Assembly: GCA_964236545.1 (NCBI GenBank)
Contig: CAXSCE010000021.1
Span: 5,121-69,120, forward strand
From: an uncultured Bryocella sp.
GTDB taxonomy: Bacteria; Acidobacteriota; Terriglobia; Terriglobales; Acidobacteriaceae
Length of the DNA stretch: 64,000 nt
Reading direction: 5' to 3'
In this document: one piece after another, positions 30,093 through 41,150 of the stretch
How positions within the stretch are numbered: position 1 is the first letter of the stretch
Layout of the letters: the number at the start of each line of letters is the position of its first letter
Program-made: the position numbers and the translations under genes
Notes under the pieces: model-generated
Databases searched by the model: none
What the model was told of the DNA's origin: nothing
The model's input: the letters and a program-made list of their open reading frames with translations, nothing else

Positions 30093-31361
30093 ATGCCGGT
30101 GAAGATCGGCCCTGCACGGTTGGCCGCGGCGGAGATCCTGGAAGAGATCGGCGCTACGGGTGCGCACAGCGATGATTTGCTGCACGGCCCCCGTCTGCGC
30201 GGCCTGTCGCAGGTTGATCGCGATCTCACCACGGCGCTTGTACTGGGTGTACTTCGCTGGCAGATAGCGCTCGATGCCACGGTCCGGCCACTCTTGAGCC
30301 GGCCTGATCTCAAGCTCGCGGCACCGGTCGAGATCGTTCTGCGTCTGGGAGCCTTCCAGATTCTGCACCTCGAGCGAATCCCGGCTCATGCGGCACTGAA
30401 CGAGAGCGTGGAGCTGGTCCGCTTTGCCGGGCATCCGCACGCGGCCGGTATGGTCAATGCGGTCCTGCGCAAGCTGGTCAACGCCCCGGCGCGACGGCGG
30501 CCGCTGGTCGAAACAGCAGGAGCCCTGGCCGAGCGACTAGGTCATCCGCTGTGGCTGGTCGAGCGTTGGACGGAGGCTTACGGCCGTCCCGCTGCGGAGG
30601 CGATCTGCACCTTCGATCAGGCCCAGCCGCCCTGTCCGGCGTTGTTCCAGGTTCACGAAGGGGACGCGCCTTACCCGTCCATGGACGCCGGTTCCCGCCT
30701 CGTGGCGGAGCTGGCCGCGGCCAGCCAGCCCGGCGCCGGGCGCGTGTGGGACTGCTGCGCCGCTCCGGGCGGTAAGACGATGGTGCTCGCGCGGGGTCTG
30801 CCTGGGGCCGATCTGCTGGCGACCGATCTCAGCCCCGTGCGGCTGAAGCGGCTTGGCGAGCGGTTGGCGCGTGAGGCTTCTGGGGCGCGCATCCGCGTGC
30901 AAGCCGCCGATGCGGCAGCTCCTTCCGGGCTCGACGCCGACGGGGAAGCCTTCGATTTGATCCTTTGCGACGTGCCCTGCAGCGGCACAGGCACGCTGGC
31001 GCGCAATCCGGAGATTCGCCACCGTCTGCAGCCGGGTGACCTCCGTCGCCAGGCCGAGCGGCAGATTCGCATCCTGCAGGGAGCTTCGCGGCGGCTTGCG
31101 ACGGGCGGACGGCTGCTGTACTCGACCTGCTCGCTCGAGCCGGAGGAGAATGAGGCCGTTGTCGGAGCGCTGCTCGGGGCCGGAGAGGGGTGGAAGCTGG
31201 TTCCGATAGGACCGATTCTGCAGGAGATGCGCCGCCGAGGTCTGCTGCAGGCCAGCGCCGAAACTCTCGATCGGCTTACCCGGGGGGAATATCTGCGCAC
31301 ACTGCCGGGCTACCCCTTCGAAGGCGACGGGTTCTTTGCCGCTCTCCTGGAGCGCAGCTGA
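30093..31361 (+). CDS. rsmB: 16S rRNA m5C methyltransferase RsmB/Sun (NusB-like N-terminus); start could be TTG 30045
   Basis: DCCAAPGGKT, DVPCSGTGT, RNPEIR, YSTCSLEPEENE; follows def-fmt as in the conserved operon. Confidence 0.9.
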   Translation: MPVKIGPARLAAAEILEEIGATGAHSDDLLHGPRLRGLSQVDRDLTTALVLGVLRWQIALDATVRPLLSRPDLKLAAPVEIVLRLGAFQILHLERIPAHAALNESVELVRFAGHPHAAGMVNAVLRKLVNAPARRRPLVETAGALAERLGHPLWLVERWTEAYGRPAAEAICTFDQAQPPCPALFQVHEGDAPYPSMDAGSRLVAELAAASQPGAGRVWDCCAAPGGKTMVLARGLPGADLLATDLSPVRLKRLGERLAREASGARIRVQAADAAAPSGLDADGEAFDLILCDVPCSGTGTLARNPEIRHRLQPGDLRRQAERQIRILQGASRRLATGGRLLYSTCSLEPEENEAVVGALLGAGEGWKLVPIGPILQEMRRRGLLQASAETLDRLTRGEYLRTLPGYPFEGDGFFAALLERS

Positions 31362-31367
31362 ATCGGT

Positions 31368-32231
31368 TTACCGTGGCGGCGGAGCAGTTGTCTGGCTTGC
31401 GGGCACCGCGACCGACCCTGGGGCGACGGCGACCGAGGCAGTGGGACGGTAGAAGTAGAGCCGAATCGTCTGTCCATCGTGTCCGCGGAAGCCCGCCTCG
31501 GGAGTTTGTGAAAGTACGGGACCGACCGGCGTTGCAGGAACAGGGGGTGCGGCGACGGTTGTCTCCACGGGTTGACCCGCGGCGTTCAGGCTCGTAATCG
31601 ATGTCGGAGGCGGTGGTGTGGGGATACCGCCGATCGCGGCAACACGCAGACCGAGCGCGATGGCGGCGCGGTTGGCTGCCGGGAAGCCCATTCCCACAAA
31701 CGACGGCATAACGAAACCCGCCGCGGTCTCTGATGCGGTCGAGCTGAGCAGCAGGTTGATTCTGGGCTGATCGATGCCGGCATCCGGCGGCGGCGTCTGC
31801 GCCAGCACAAAATCCGGGGACCCTGGTGCGTCAAGATGGATCACCGTACCCAGATCCAGCTGATCGCGGCGCAGATCCATGGTGGCCCCGTGCGTCGGTT
31901 CGCCCACCACATTGGGAATGTTGACCTGCTGCGGCCCCAGGCTTTCCACCACCCGCACCTGCCAGCCCTGCCTCACTTCGGCACCGGGTGCGGGCGACTG
32001 CGACAGGATGCGGCCCGCAGGAACTGTCGTGGAGTAGAGCTTGTTTTCAATGTTGAGGTCGAGACTGCCGCGCAGCGCCGCATCGGAGGCTTCGGCCACC
32101 GTGAGTCCCGAAAGTTCAGGGATGCGCGTCTCGCCCGTGTGCAAGGCGAGCCGCAACGTGACGCCCGCGGCAACCAACATGACCAGGATCATCGCCAGGA
32201 TACCCACGGCGGCCTTCAGGGAACGAAGCAT
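31368..32231 (-). CDS. PASTA domain-containing membrane protein
   Basis: N-terminal TM helix, then repeated IPELSG/IPNVVG/MPSFVG and ILSQSPAPG/VLAQTPPP/VLSQTPEAG PASTA patterns. Confidence 0.85.
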   Translation of the reverse strand: MLRSLKAAVGILAMILVMLVAAGVTLRLALHTGETRIPELSGLTVAEASDAALRGSLDLNIENKLYSTTVPAGRILSQSPAPGAEVRQGWQVRVVESLGPQQVNIPNVVGEPTHGATMDLRRDQLDLGTVIHLDAPGSPDFVLAQTPPPDAGIDQPRINLLLSSTASETAAGFVMPSFVGMGFPAANRAAIALGLRVAAIGGIPTPPPPTSITSLNAAGQPVETTVAAPPVPATPVGPVLSQTPEAGFRGHDGQTIRLYFYRPTASVAVAPGSVAVPASQTTAPPPR

Positions 32232-32311
32232 AACGCCCTTCAGAATACATGCGCGCTTCAGGCTTCAGGGTTAGGCTCCAAAAGCTCTCTGGCGCGGAGC
32301 CGCACCGGGCC

Positions 32312-33787
32312 TTAACGGCGATTGTCGGTCGCAGGCTCAGGGTGGATCAGTACGCGGGAGACGTGCGGGTGCTGCAGTCTGAATTCGCTCTCCAAATCTG
32401 TAATGACCTCGTGCACGCGCGACATGGGCAGATCGTCGGGCAGGGTGCAGTGGCAGTTCACTTGCACGGTGAGCGCCGCGCCGCCATGCCCGCGGGTGAG
32501 CGTGATCTCGTGCACATCCAGGATGTCTGGGAAGGTCCGCGCCGTCTCCCGCAACTGGATCTCCAGATTGGCGCTGACCCCCAACAGGGCTGTGGGCGCA
32601 ATCGTGACGGGCTCGCTTTCGATATGGGTCAGCAACGTTGCGATGCCGGGGACCTCGCGCCGGATCGAGCCCTCCAGTTGCGTGGCCAGGGTGTGCGCCT
32701 CGCGAAGCTTCATCGTCTCCGGCACCTCCAGGTGCTGTTCCACCGCCAGCCGGCCATCGCGGTCCTGCACGCTGACATCGTGCAAGGCCAGGTTGGCCGC
32801 CGCGGCCACTGCCCGTATCCGCTCAAAGACGCTTTCGGCCGAGCCGGCCACCGGCACGGTGTGGATGACGACATCGGCGCCCGGCAGGTGCCGCGTAACC
32901 GCCTTCGTGGCCGCAGAGGTTACCTGCTCGGATCGCTGAAAGGTCAGATTGCGCGGCAGGCCCAGCGTTAGATCGACGAAGTAGTCCGACCCCGAACGGC
33001 GCACCCGCATGCGCTCGGCCTTCAGCACATCCGGGATCGCCTCGATCTCTGGAATCACGGTATTACCCAGCTGCTCCCGGAGCTCCGGCGGCGTCGCGTC
33101 CAGTAGGGCATCGAGCGTACGGCGCGCGAGGCCGACAGCCACGTATCCGATCACGCCCGTGACCAGCAGCGCGGCAAGGGGGTCGGCCAGCTCCAAAAAG
33201 CCAAGGTGAAAACGCTCGCCCAGATAGCTGGCCAGCAATCCAAGCAGAACCGCCGCCGCTGACCAGATGTCCGTGCCAAAGTGCGCCGCATCTGCCTGCA
33301 AAGCCTCGCTGCGCTGTTCATCGGCCACGCGCTGCAGACTGCGGGAGCGTGTGCGGTCCACTGCAATTGAAAGCAGCAGAACAATAAAGGGCCAGATTGA
33401 AAAACGCAGCGCCAGGTGCTGCCGGTGCAGGATGCGCCCGATGGCCTCCCAACCCACCCACACAGCCGAGGCGCTCATGAGCAGGATTTCAATGCCGGCG
33501 GAGATGTTCTCCAGCTTGCCGTGACCGTAGTTATGCTCGGCATCGGCGGGCAGGTCGGACACGCGCACGGTAAAGAGCGTGATGGTGGCGGCGATCAGAT
33601 CGATACCGGAATGGGCCGCTTCACTCAGCATTCCCAGCGAGCCGGTGAACACTCCCGTGATCAGCTTGAGCAGCGTGATCCCGAACGCCGCCAGCACGGA
33701 GCTCAGCGCGGCGGAGCTTTTGGCGGCGCTGCGCTGCACTTGCTCCGGCGAAGGGTCGGCGGGGAGGAGGCGTTCTTGGCTGTACAT
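32312..33787 (-). CDS. Cation diffusion facilitator with three tandem C-terminal dimerisation domains
   Basis: EAAHSGID, HNYGHGKLE, DAAHFGTD, then three repeats ending VVIHTVP, LLTHIES and VLIHPEP. Confidence 0.9.
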   Translation of the reverse strand: MYSQERLLPADPSPEQVQRSAAKSSAALSSVLAAFGITLLKLITGVFTGSLGMLSEAAHSGIDLIAATITLFTVRVSDLPADAEHNYGHGKLENISAGIEILLMSASAVWVGWEAIGRILHRQHLALRFSIWPFIVLLLSIAVDRTRSRSLQRVADEQRSEALQADAAHFGTDIWSAAAVLLGLLASYLGERFHLGFLELADPLAALLVTGVIGYVAVGLARRTLDALLDATPPELREQLGNTVIPEIEAIPDVLKAERMRVRRSGSDYFVDLTLGLPRNLTFQRSEQVTSAATKAVTRHLPGADVVIHTVPVAGSAESVFERIRAVAAAANLALHDVSVQDRDGRLAVEQHLEVPETMKLREAHTLATQLEGSIRREVPGIATLLTHIESEPVTIAPTALLGVSANLEIQLRETARTFPDILDVHEITLTRGHGGAALTVQVNCHCTLPDDLPMSRVHEVITDLESEFRLQHPHVSRVLIHPEPATDNRR

Positions 33788-33838
33788 GGCAATCCGGTCT
33801 TGTGCGGGGAACGGGTTTTACGGCTTAACCATATGATT

Positions 33839-34609
33839 CTACGGTCTAACCGCATGATAGAGGCCCGCGGCGTGGAGCAGGTAGCCATCCCAGCCGGCCT
33901 GCGAAAATCCGGCTTCGGCCAGCATGCGCAGCATCTGCGGCGGCCGTGGAAAGCGAGCCACGGAGGCCGGGAGGTAGCGGTAGGCCGCACGATCACCCGA
34001 AAGCGTTCCGCCCACCACCGGCAGGATATGGTGAAAGTACAGATTGTAAAGCGCGCCGTTTAGGCCGTCCGGCTGATTGCACTCCAGGATGCCAATCTGC
34101 CCGCCTGGACGCAGTACCCGCGCGATCTCGCGCAGACCGCCGGCGTAGTCCGTGAGGTTGCGGAAGCCAAAGGCCGCGGTGACCAGGTCGAGGCTCGCAT
34201 CCGGAAAGGGCAGGTGCATCGCATCGCCTTCTACCCACCGGACCTGGGCCGAGGCATATTTCTGGCGGGCACGGGTCAACATCTGCGGCGAGAAATCCAG
34301 CCCGGTGACGGGCTCGCCGCTGGCCGGACGCCGCCGCAGCAAGGCCGCGGTCATATCACCCGTGCCGCAGCAGATGTCCAACACCCGGGCCTCGGGCCGG
34401 CTTAGGACCTTGGCAAACCGGTTGGAAGCCTTGCGCCACCAGTGCCGGTCCAAGCCGAACGAAAGCAGGTGATTCAACCGGTCGTAGGAAGGCGCAATGG
34501 AATCGAAGAGCGAACGAACGTGGTCGGCTGCATCGGCCTCAGTACTTTCAGCGGAGGGGCGCGCTCCCGGATTGATCTTTGCCTTGTCGCTCACAATCCG
34601 CTCACTCAT
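33839..34609 (-). CDS. menG: UbiE/MenG quinone C-methyltransferase
   Basis: [54 protein letters not shown]. Confidence 0.9.
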   Translation of the reverse strand: MSERIVSDKAKINPGARPSAESTEADAADHVRSLFDSIAPSYDRLNHLLSFGLDRHWWRKASNRFAKVLSRPEARVLDICCGTGDMTAALLRRRPASGEPVTGLDFSPQMLTRARQKYASAQVRWVEGDAMHLPFPDASLDLVTAAFGFRNLTDYAGGLREIARVLRPGGQIGILECNQPDGLNGALYNLYFHHILPVVGGTLSGDRAAYRYLPASVARFPRPPQMLRMLAEAGFSQAGWDGYLLHAAGLYHAVRP

Positions 34610-35736
34610 GACGGGAACACACGCTCGGCCATGGAGCAGATTGCCGCCGCGGCCTCCAGAAGTTCGGCCTCGGTCACGTCGTGGACCACCGTCGCATTCC
34701 CAATGCCAAGCGGCAACACAAAGGACCGGATGCTGCCGCGATTCTTTTTGTCCCGTGCCGTCAGCGCCACGAGCTGCTCTGGCGCTACCCGAAATGTTGG
34801 CAAAGGACCGTACGCGCGGATCACCTCGCCCATCCGCAGCCCATCCCCTGCATCCACCAGCCCCCGCCCCATCGCGATATGGAGCGCCGCGAGCATGCCC
34901 CAGCCGACGGCTTCGCCATGCAGCAGATCTGTATAGCCGGTGGCCGCTTCAATGGCATGGCCCAGCGTGTGCCCGAGGTTCAGAATCATGCGTAAGCCGC
35001 CCTCGCGTTCATCCGCACTCACCACCTCGGCTTTTACGCGAACGCTGCGAGCGATGACCTCCCCGAGGGTCTCAGGATCGCCCGCCAGCACCGCCGCACG
35101 GTGCCGGTCGAGCAGATCGAACAGCGCACGATCACGAATGATCCCGGCCTTTACCGCTTCCTGCAGCCCCGCACGCAGCTCGGCAGGGGGTAGCGTGCTC
35201 AAGGTATCGGTGTCCGCATAGACCGCCACTGGATGATGGAAGGAGCCGACCAAGTTCTTGCCGGCCGCGAGATTTGCCCCTGTTTTACCCCCGACCGAGC
35301 TGTCCACCTGCGCCAGCAGTGTGGTGGGTAGCTGCACATAGCGGATCCCGCGCATGTAGATCGCTGCCAGGAAGCCGGCCAGATCGCCGAGAACGCCACC
35401 TCCCAGCGCCAGCAGCACCGAATCGCGGTCTGCCCCGAGCGCCGCGAGTTCCTCGGCCAGCCGTTCCACCGTGGGGAGCCGTTTTTGCGCCTCACCCGGC
35501 TCGATCAGCAGGACCGGAGGCATTGCAGGGGAGACCGTCTGCAGTCCTCGTCGCAGAGCGCCGCCCCAAAGTGAGTCGATCTCCGGAGAAGTAATGATGA
35601 ACAGCCGCACCTCACCCCGCGCGAGCCTGCCTCCCAGCAGCGCGTTCAGCCGCTCGCCCACCTGCGGAAGCAGGCCCGGGCCGATCACGACCTCATACGC
35701 CGCCGTGGAAGTCTGCACCGCGACCGTTGTTTCCAT
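34606..35736 (-). CDS. aroB: 3-dehydroquinate synthase (start could be 35760)
   Basis: [51 protein letters not shown]. Confidence 0.96.
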   Translation of the reverse strand: METTVAVQTSTAAYEVVIGPGLLPQVGERLNALLGGRLARGEVRLFIITSPEIDSLWGGALRRGLQTVSPAMPPVLLIEPGEAQKRLPTVERLAEELAALGADRDSVLLALGGGVLGDLAGFLAAIYMRGIRYVQLPTTLLAQVDSSVGGKTGANLAAGKNLVGSFHHPVAVYADTDTLSTLPPAELRAGLQEAVKAGIIRDRALFDLLDRHRAAVLAGDPETLGEVIARSVRVKAEVVSADEREGGLRMILNLGHTLGHAIEAATGYTDLLHGEAVGWGMLAALHIAMGRGLVDAGDGLRMGEVIRAYGPLPTFRVAPEQLVALTARDKKNRGSIRSFVLPLGIGNATVVHDVTEAELLEAAAAICSMAERVFPS

Positions 35737-35787
35737 CACGTCTGTGCCGGGAAAAGGCATCCTCTGAGAATACGCCCGCCCGGGTCT

Positions 35788-36714
35788 CTACAGCTGAGCC
35801 GCTTCGCCTTCGTGCCTCGCTGGCCGCAGCAGCGAAGCCGCGATCGTGACTGCCAACGTGACGGCGATCACCCCAAGCGAAACGAGCGGCCCCACAACGA
35901 ACCAGTGTTCGGTCAGGATCTTGAAGCCGGCAAAGCCCAGTACGCCCGCCAGACCGTAATGGAGGAAGCGCAGGCGGCTCAGCATGGCAGCGAGCAGGAT
36001 GTACAGCGAGCGTAGCCCCATCACCGCCATGATGTTGGAGGTGTATGCCAGAAATGGCGTGCGCGTGATGCTGAGCACCGCCGGGATGGAGTCCAGTGCA
36101 AAAACCACATCGGCCAGTTCTACCGCCACCAGCGCGAGCAGCAGCACTGTCGGCAGCAGTCGACCGTTTTCGCGGGCAAAAAAGCTGGCATTGCTGGGAC
36201 TCACGGGCGAAACCCGGGTCAGCCAACGCACCCAGCCCGGCGGCTTGGAGGATTCCTTCGTTTCGGGTTTCAACAGCCGTACCGCGGCTACCAGGAGCAG
36301 CGCCCCAAAAGCGTAATCGATCCAGGCGAACTGTCTCAGCAGCGTCAAGCCGCCCGCGATGAAAAGCCCCCGCAGAACGATCGCTCCACCTACCCCCCAG
36401 AACAGCACCTTGCCCTGCCGGTTTTCGGGCACCTGGAACAGCCGGAACAGCAGCAGAAAGACGAAAAGATTGTCGACGGAGAGCGCCTCCTCCATCGCGT
36501 AGCCAGCGATGTACTGCAGCGCCGGATTGTTCCCCCACACTCGCCAGATCAGGCCGAACAGGATGAGGGAGGCAGCTGTCCAAAGCACCGTGGCATACGT
36601 AGCCCGGCGGCGCGGGGTGGGTATCCACCGCCGCATCAGGCTCTCGGCCGTCAGCAAAACAAGCAGTGCGGCATGGAAGGCGATCCACGGCAGAAATCGC
36701 GAAGGGAGGGCCAT
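35788..36714 (-). CDS. TerC/Alx family membrane protein
   Basis: EEALSVDNLFVF, VLFWGVGGAIVLR, DVVFALDSIPA, SNIMAVMGLRSLY. Confidence 0.92.
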   Translation of the reverse strand: MALPSRFLPWIAFHAALLVLLTAESLMRRWIPTPRRRATYATVLWTAASLILFGLIWRVWGNNPALQYIAGYAMEEALSVDNLFVFLLLFRLFQVPENRQGKVLFWGVGGAIVLRGLFIAGGLTLLRQFAWIDYAFGALLLVAAVRLLKPETKESSKPPGWVRWLTRVSPVSPSNASFFARENGRLLPTVLLLALVAVELADVVFALDSIPAVLSITRTPFLAYTSNIMAVMGLRSLYILLAAMLSRLRFLHYGLAGVLGFAGFKILTEHWFVVGPLVSLGVIAVTLAVTIAASLLRPARHEGEAAQL

Positions 36715-36873
36715 CGGTGAGCTAGCGGCCCTGGTGGATCAGCTTGGGCATTAGGGAAAGGTTGTCGGCCGAGACTCCGGCGCCACTGCATCCGTGGAGC
36801 TCTGCCTCGCGGGGAAGTGAGCCGTGAACACCGGGCAGAAAAGCGGGGGAGATGTGAAGGCGGGTGGCGGGTT

Positions 36874-37662
36874 TCAGACTGCCCCCTTCAGCTTGCGGTT
36901 GCGTCGAGCCGGATGCACCAGAAAGGCAACGGCAATTCCGAGAAAGTAGAGCGCCAGCATCGGTGTGGCGAACAGACACATGCCGATGGGGTCCGGCGTC
37001 GGGCAGATTACCGCAGCGATTACAAAGATCGCCAGCACAGCGTAGCGAAAATTCTTCAACAGGAACTTGGCATCCACGATGCCAAATAACGCGAGAAAGA
37101 AGATCAGAACCGGCAGCTCAAAGGTCACACCCAGGCCAAGAATGACGGCCAGAAAAAAGCCCGTGTAGTCCTCGATGGTCAGGATGGGGTGAAAGGCTTT
37201 GCCGAAATCAAGCACCAGGACCTTGATCGCCCCGGGCAGTACCCAGCGGTAGCCAAACCACGCACCCCCCAGAAAAAGGGCGATGGTGGCGAACATGAAG
37301 GGCCACACATACTTCTTCTCGTTCGCGTACATGCCCGGCGAGATGAAGAGCCAGATCTGGTACAGGATGAACGGCGAGGCCAGAATCGCGCCGCCCACGA
37401 AAGAGGTCTTCAGATAGAGGTTCAGCCCGTCGGTGGGGTGCGTGAAGTTCAGCTTCAGCCCCAGATCGGTCACCGGCTTCTGCACGTAGTCATACAAGCG
37501 GACATGGAAGATATAGGCGACAGCGAAGCCCGCAAGGAGGAAGCCGACGCACCAGAGAAGCCGCGAACGCAGCTCTTCCAGGTGTTCCATCAGGCTCATG
37601 CCGGGCAACTCGGCACGATCGTGCACAGCCGCGCGAGCGCGGTCCACCAGCTCAGTCGCCAT
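36874..37662 (-). CDS. tatC: Twin-arginine translocase subunit TatC
   Basis: MSLMEHLEELRSRL, YQIWLFISPGMY, FELPV, PTPDP. Confidence 0.96.
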   Translation of the reverse strand: MATELVDRARAAVHDRAELPGMSLMEHLEELRSRLLWCVGFLLAGFAVAYIFHVRLYDYVQKPVTDLGLKLNFTHPTDGLNLYLKTSFVGGAILASPFILYQIWLFISPGMYANEKKYVWPFMFATIALFLGGAWFGYRWVLPGAIKVLVLDFGKAFHPILTIEDYTGFFLAVILGLGVTFELPVLIFFLALFGIVDAKFLLKNFRYAVLAIFVIAAVICPTPDPIGMCLFATPMLALYFLGIAVAFLVHPARRNRKLKGAV

Positions 37663-38302
37663 GCGCGGTGGTCTCCTGCCCTATGGTTTGTCCCGCTTTT
37701 TGCCGCAACGGCTGGTTCGACTCCAGATTTGACTCGGGAATCGCGTCCAGCAGGCAGCCGCCGAGCGGGTTCGCACCCCGGCGGCGCGGGGTGGGAAGAC
37801 CCGTGGCCGGGGGATTCATCTGCAGCTCACCGGAGGTGGCGATAGGAAGCGGGTGTGCGCTGTCAGTGATCTCATCATGCATCTCCTGATGAGCTTTAAC
37901 GGCAGAGCTACCAGAATCATTAGCGGCTGGATGGGAACTTTGAGTTAGATCTGAGCTTTTCGGGAAGCTGCCGTCGCCCGCACCCTCTTGGAGGGGCTCC
38001 GTCAGGGGTGGAGGTGTCGCCTTTACGCTCCGCGAGGGCCGAAGATGCGGATGCTCTTCCTCGGGCTCCCCGAGCGGCGGCGGAATCGGGGCAGCCGCTT
38101 CCATGGAGGCGATCTGCTTCTGCCGCTCGGCTTGCTCGGAGGCGCGCAGCTCATCTTCCATCTGCATCTTGAACTCATTGGAGGCACGGCGAAACTCGCC
38201 GACCCACTTGCCCAGCTCGCGCGCCAATACCGGCAGCTTCTTGGGGCCAAAGAGAAGAAGCGCCAACACGAAAAGGAAGATGCTGTCGGCAAAGCTTGGC
38301 AT
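37652..38302 (-). CDS. tatB: Twin-arginine translocase TatA/TatB-family subunit with a long tail
   Basis: LALLLFGPKKLPVLARELGKWVGEFRRA; overlaps the tatC start. Confidence 0.85.
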   Translation of the reverse strand: MPSFADSIFLFVLALLLFGPKKLPVLARELGKWVGEFRRASNEFKMQMEDELRASEQAERQKQIASMEAAAPIPPPLGEPEEEHPHLRPSRSVKATPPPLTEPLQEGAGDGSFPKSSDLTQSSHPAANDSGSSAVKAHQEMHDEITDSAHPLPIATSGELQMNPPATGLPTPRRRGANPLGGCLLDAIPESNLESNQPLRQKAGQTIGQETTAHGD

Positions 38303-38526
38303 ACAAACTCCCATGATACGGCCTGCGCCCGAAAGGCACCACGGCGTCCCCGCCTACGCTACGCCTCCTACCGGCGAATCCGCCGAAACGCTTTCCTCTT
38401 TCGTACGTCCTAGTTTCTGTCAGTAAAAGTTCTGTGCATCAAAAACTCGATGGTCGGCTCGGCGCCTTCTGCACCTCCAGCCCACCACGCAGACCGTAGC
38501 GAAGACCAGGAGGCGGAGATTCCGCT

Positions 38527-39801
38527 GTGAGAGCGAGGGAGAGCCAGGAGGACGCCGGCATGGGAAGGTGGGCCACAAAGAGCGGCGCAAAGACCTCGTG
38601 GGCGAGCGCGATCCTGCGTGCGGCAACTCACGCGCGCGCCGCCGCACACTTGTCTGCCATCCAGACTTTGTTGCCCATAACGGCTCTGTTGTTTTCGCTG
38701 GGTGGCTGCACCGGCTTCTTTGTGAAACCGACCACGACGACCACGACCACGACAGGCTCCACCCCCACCACCACGGGCGACTACGCTTACGTAGCCAACA
38801 GCAGCGCCGGCAACACCTTCCTGTCTGCGTACAACGTCAGCAGCGGCAGCCTCACCTCGATCGGAACGATCAATCTGGGATACGTGCCCGTCGCCCTGGC
38901 CGTGGCGCCGACAAACAGCTTCCTCTACGTAGCCTCCGCTCCCGGCGCCACAGACCCCGGTGTCTACCTGTACAGCATCGGGGCTACGGGTGGCGCGCTG
39001 GCGGTGGCCAACGGAGGCAATGTCCTGGCAACCGACACGGTGGCCGCCATGACGGTTTCACCCGACGGGAACTGGCTCTACACCGTGAACAGCGACGGCA
39101 TCACGATGAACGAGTACCAGGTAAACACGGCGACGGGCGTGATCACGCTGGCTTCGACCATCACCCTGCCGGGAACGGAATGCCTGCTTGGCTCCGGGAC
39201 GCCAGCCAGCCAGACCTGTTCCGTTGCCGTGTCCCCTTCAGAGAATTATGTGGTGGTAGCGCTGGGTACGGCAGGCGACGCCATCTTTACATACAGCAGC
39301 AATTCCGGCATTACCGGTTCAAGCTTTACCACGATCTCCTCCGGCATTGCCGCCAGTGGAGATTTTTCCGTCGCACTGGATGCAAACGATCACGCCTATA
39401 TTGCCCGCACCAGCTCCCTGGGCGTGTATAGCCTTGGGTCCACGGTTACGAACGCCGGCAACCTGAACTACACCGCCGGCACCGTGCCCCGCGGTATCAC
39501 CCTAAACAAGACGAATACCTACCTCTTCACTGCAAATGAAGGTACGGGCGACATTTCCAGCTTGGGCCTAGGTAGCGGGGGTACGTTGCCCACTGTCACC
39601 CCTTCATCGTCTCCGGGGCCGGCGCATGTTTCGGCGCTGGGCGTGGACAACACGGGGGGCTACCTTGTGGCTGTCGGCTATGACGCCAGCGCGGGCGTGC
39701 GCCTTTACTCCCTTTCCTCCACGGGGGTGCTCACGCAGGTGGCCACTGCTGGTTCCGGGACGGATACCGTGCTGCCGGCGCTGGTGGCCATGACACACTA
39801 G
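38527..39801 (+). CDS. Lactonase-family (6-phosphogluconolactonase-like) beta-propeller lipoprotein; start uncertain
   Basis: Lipobox-like FSLGGC, a poly-Thr linker, then blade repeats YAYVAN, PTNSFLYVA, PDGNWLYTVN, YLFTANEG. Confidence 0.75.
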   Translation: MRARESQEDAGMGRWATKSGAKTSWASAILRAATHARAAAHLSAIQTLLPITALLFSLGGCTGFFVKPTTTTTTTTGSTPTTTGDYAYVANSSAGNTFLSAYNVSSGSLTSIGTINLGYVPVALAVAPTNSFLYVASAPGATDPGVYLYSIGATGGALAVANGGNVLATDTVAAMTVSPDGNWLYTVNSDGITMNEYQVNTATGVITLASTITLPGTECLLGSGTPASQTCSVAVSPSENYVVVALGTAGDAIFTYSSNSGITGSSFTTISSGIAASGDFSVALDANDHAYIARTSSLGVYSLGSTVTNAGNLNYTAGTVPRGITLNKTNTYLFTANEGTGDISSLGLGSGGTLPTVTPSSSPGPAHVSALGVDNTGGYLVAVGYDASAGVRLYSLSSTGVLTQVATAGSGTDTVLPALVAMTH

Positions 39802-39848
39802 GAATCGCGGGAGGCCAGCCCCCGCAAACTGGAGGCGCTACCCGCATC

Positions 39849-41120
39849 ATGCAATCTCGTTCCACCCTCGGCCGTCCCACTCCGGAAGGCGCTACCCGAC
39901 AAACTCTTTCCCCTCGCTCGTCTTCCGTTGCCTCAATCTCACTTGCCTGCGCCGCACTGGCCCTCGGCGGGTGCAGGGAGGTGCGCAAGGCCGTAGTCAG
40001 CGAGGACGTTTATGTGACGGCCAAGCAGGCCTACCTGCGGGATCGTATCGCGGCCGTCAGCAACCGCACGGGCGAGGTCGGCAATGGGGAAAAGCTGCAG
40101 GTTCTGGGTCACCAGCGCCGCTTTCTCAAGGTGCGCACACCGTCCGGCGCAGAGGGCTGGATCGAGGAAAAACTCACCGCCGACCAGGGCGTGGCTGACC
40201 AGTTCGATACGCTGCACCAGGAGCATCTCCACGACGGTGTCGTGGCTACAGCCGTCACCCGCGATGAGGTCTACCTGCACCTCACCCCCGGGCGCGAGAC
40301 AATGCACTTCTTTCGCCTGCCGGAGAGCGAGCCGCTCAGCCTGCTGGAGCGCGCTTCCGTGCCCAAGGCCGCCGCTCCGGGTGCCGTCGCCGATGTCGGC
40401 AAGCCTGCCGCGGCCAAACTGCCCGTGCGCGACAGCGGCACAGGCCAGCAGGCGCAGGAGGCCGCCGCCGCTGCCGAAGCTGCCGGGCCGCCTCAGCCCG
40501 TCATGGAAGACTGGTGGCTGGTGCGGGACAAGGAGGGGCAGACCGGCTGGATCTACGCCCGCATGATCGATGTGAGCGAGCCCGACACCCTGGCCCGCTA
40601 CGCCGAAGGGCAACGCATCGTCGGTGCCTATGTGCTGACCTATGTCGACGATCCAGAGTCCAACATCGTCAACAACGGCCAGCCGGTCACACGCATCCCG
40701 GAGTACGTCACCGTGCTTTCACCCTTCAAAGCGGGCCTGCCTTATGACTTCGACCAGCTTCGCGTCTTTATTTGGAACGTCAAGAAACATCGCTATGAGA
40801 CGGCCTACCGCGAGCACAATATTGCCGGCTACCTACCTGTCGGTATCGGCATGAAGACAGATCCTTACAACAAGGATGCGCACTTCGTCGGAGCCCTGCC
40901 CACCTTCACCGTCCGCGTGCTGCCGGCCGACGCCACCCTTCCAACGCCGGACCCGGTCACCGGTCTGGTTCATCCCAAGGGCACCATCGATGATTCCATT
41001 CGGCTGGTGGGTAACATCTGCCGCCGCATCGCCCCGCCCAACGCGCCGCCGCTTGCCCTTCTGCACCCGAATCCCGAACCGGTAAAGGAAGACAAATTGA
41101 AGGGACACCGTCACCGCTAG
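39849..41120 (+). CDS. SH3 domain-containing exported lipoprotein
   Basis: LALGGC lipobox; GEKLQVL...FLKVRTPSGAEGWIEE and WWLVRDKEGQTGWIYARM resemble bacterial SH3 domains. Confidence 0.65.
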   Translation: MQSRSTLGRPTPEGATRQTLSPRSSSVASISLACAALALGGCREVRKAVVSEDVYVTAKQAYLRDRIAAVSNRTGEVGNGEKLQVLGHQRRFLKVRTPSGAEGWIEEKLTADQGVADQFDTLHQEHLHDGVVATAVTRDEVYLHLTPGRETMHFFRLPESEPLSLLERASVPKAAAPGAVADVGKPAAAKLPVRDSGTGQQAQEAAAAAEAAGPPQPVMEDWWLVRDKEGQTGWIYARMIDVSEPDTLARYAEGQRIVGAYVLTYVDDPESNIVNNGQPVTRIPEYVTVLSPFKAGLPYDFDQLRVFIWNVKKHRYETAYREHNIAGYLPVGIGMKTDPYNKDAHFVGALPTFTVRVLPADATLPTPDPVTGLVHPKGTIDDSIRLVGNICRRIAPPNAPPLALLHPNPEPVKEDKLKGHRHR

Positions 41121-41150
41121 AAAGGGGTGACCGCACCGGCGTCCGCTCGC

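Noticed and set aside
38730-38775. ACC/ACG trinucleotide run
   Set aside because: Encodes an ordinary poly-Thr linker after a lipobox; not a contingency repeat or array.
39830-39900. Short direct repeat AGGCGCTACCCG around the start of the SH3 gene
   Set aside because: Only two 12-bp copies with no further structure; could be chance or a small local duplication.
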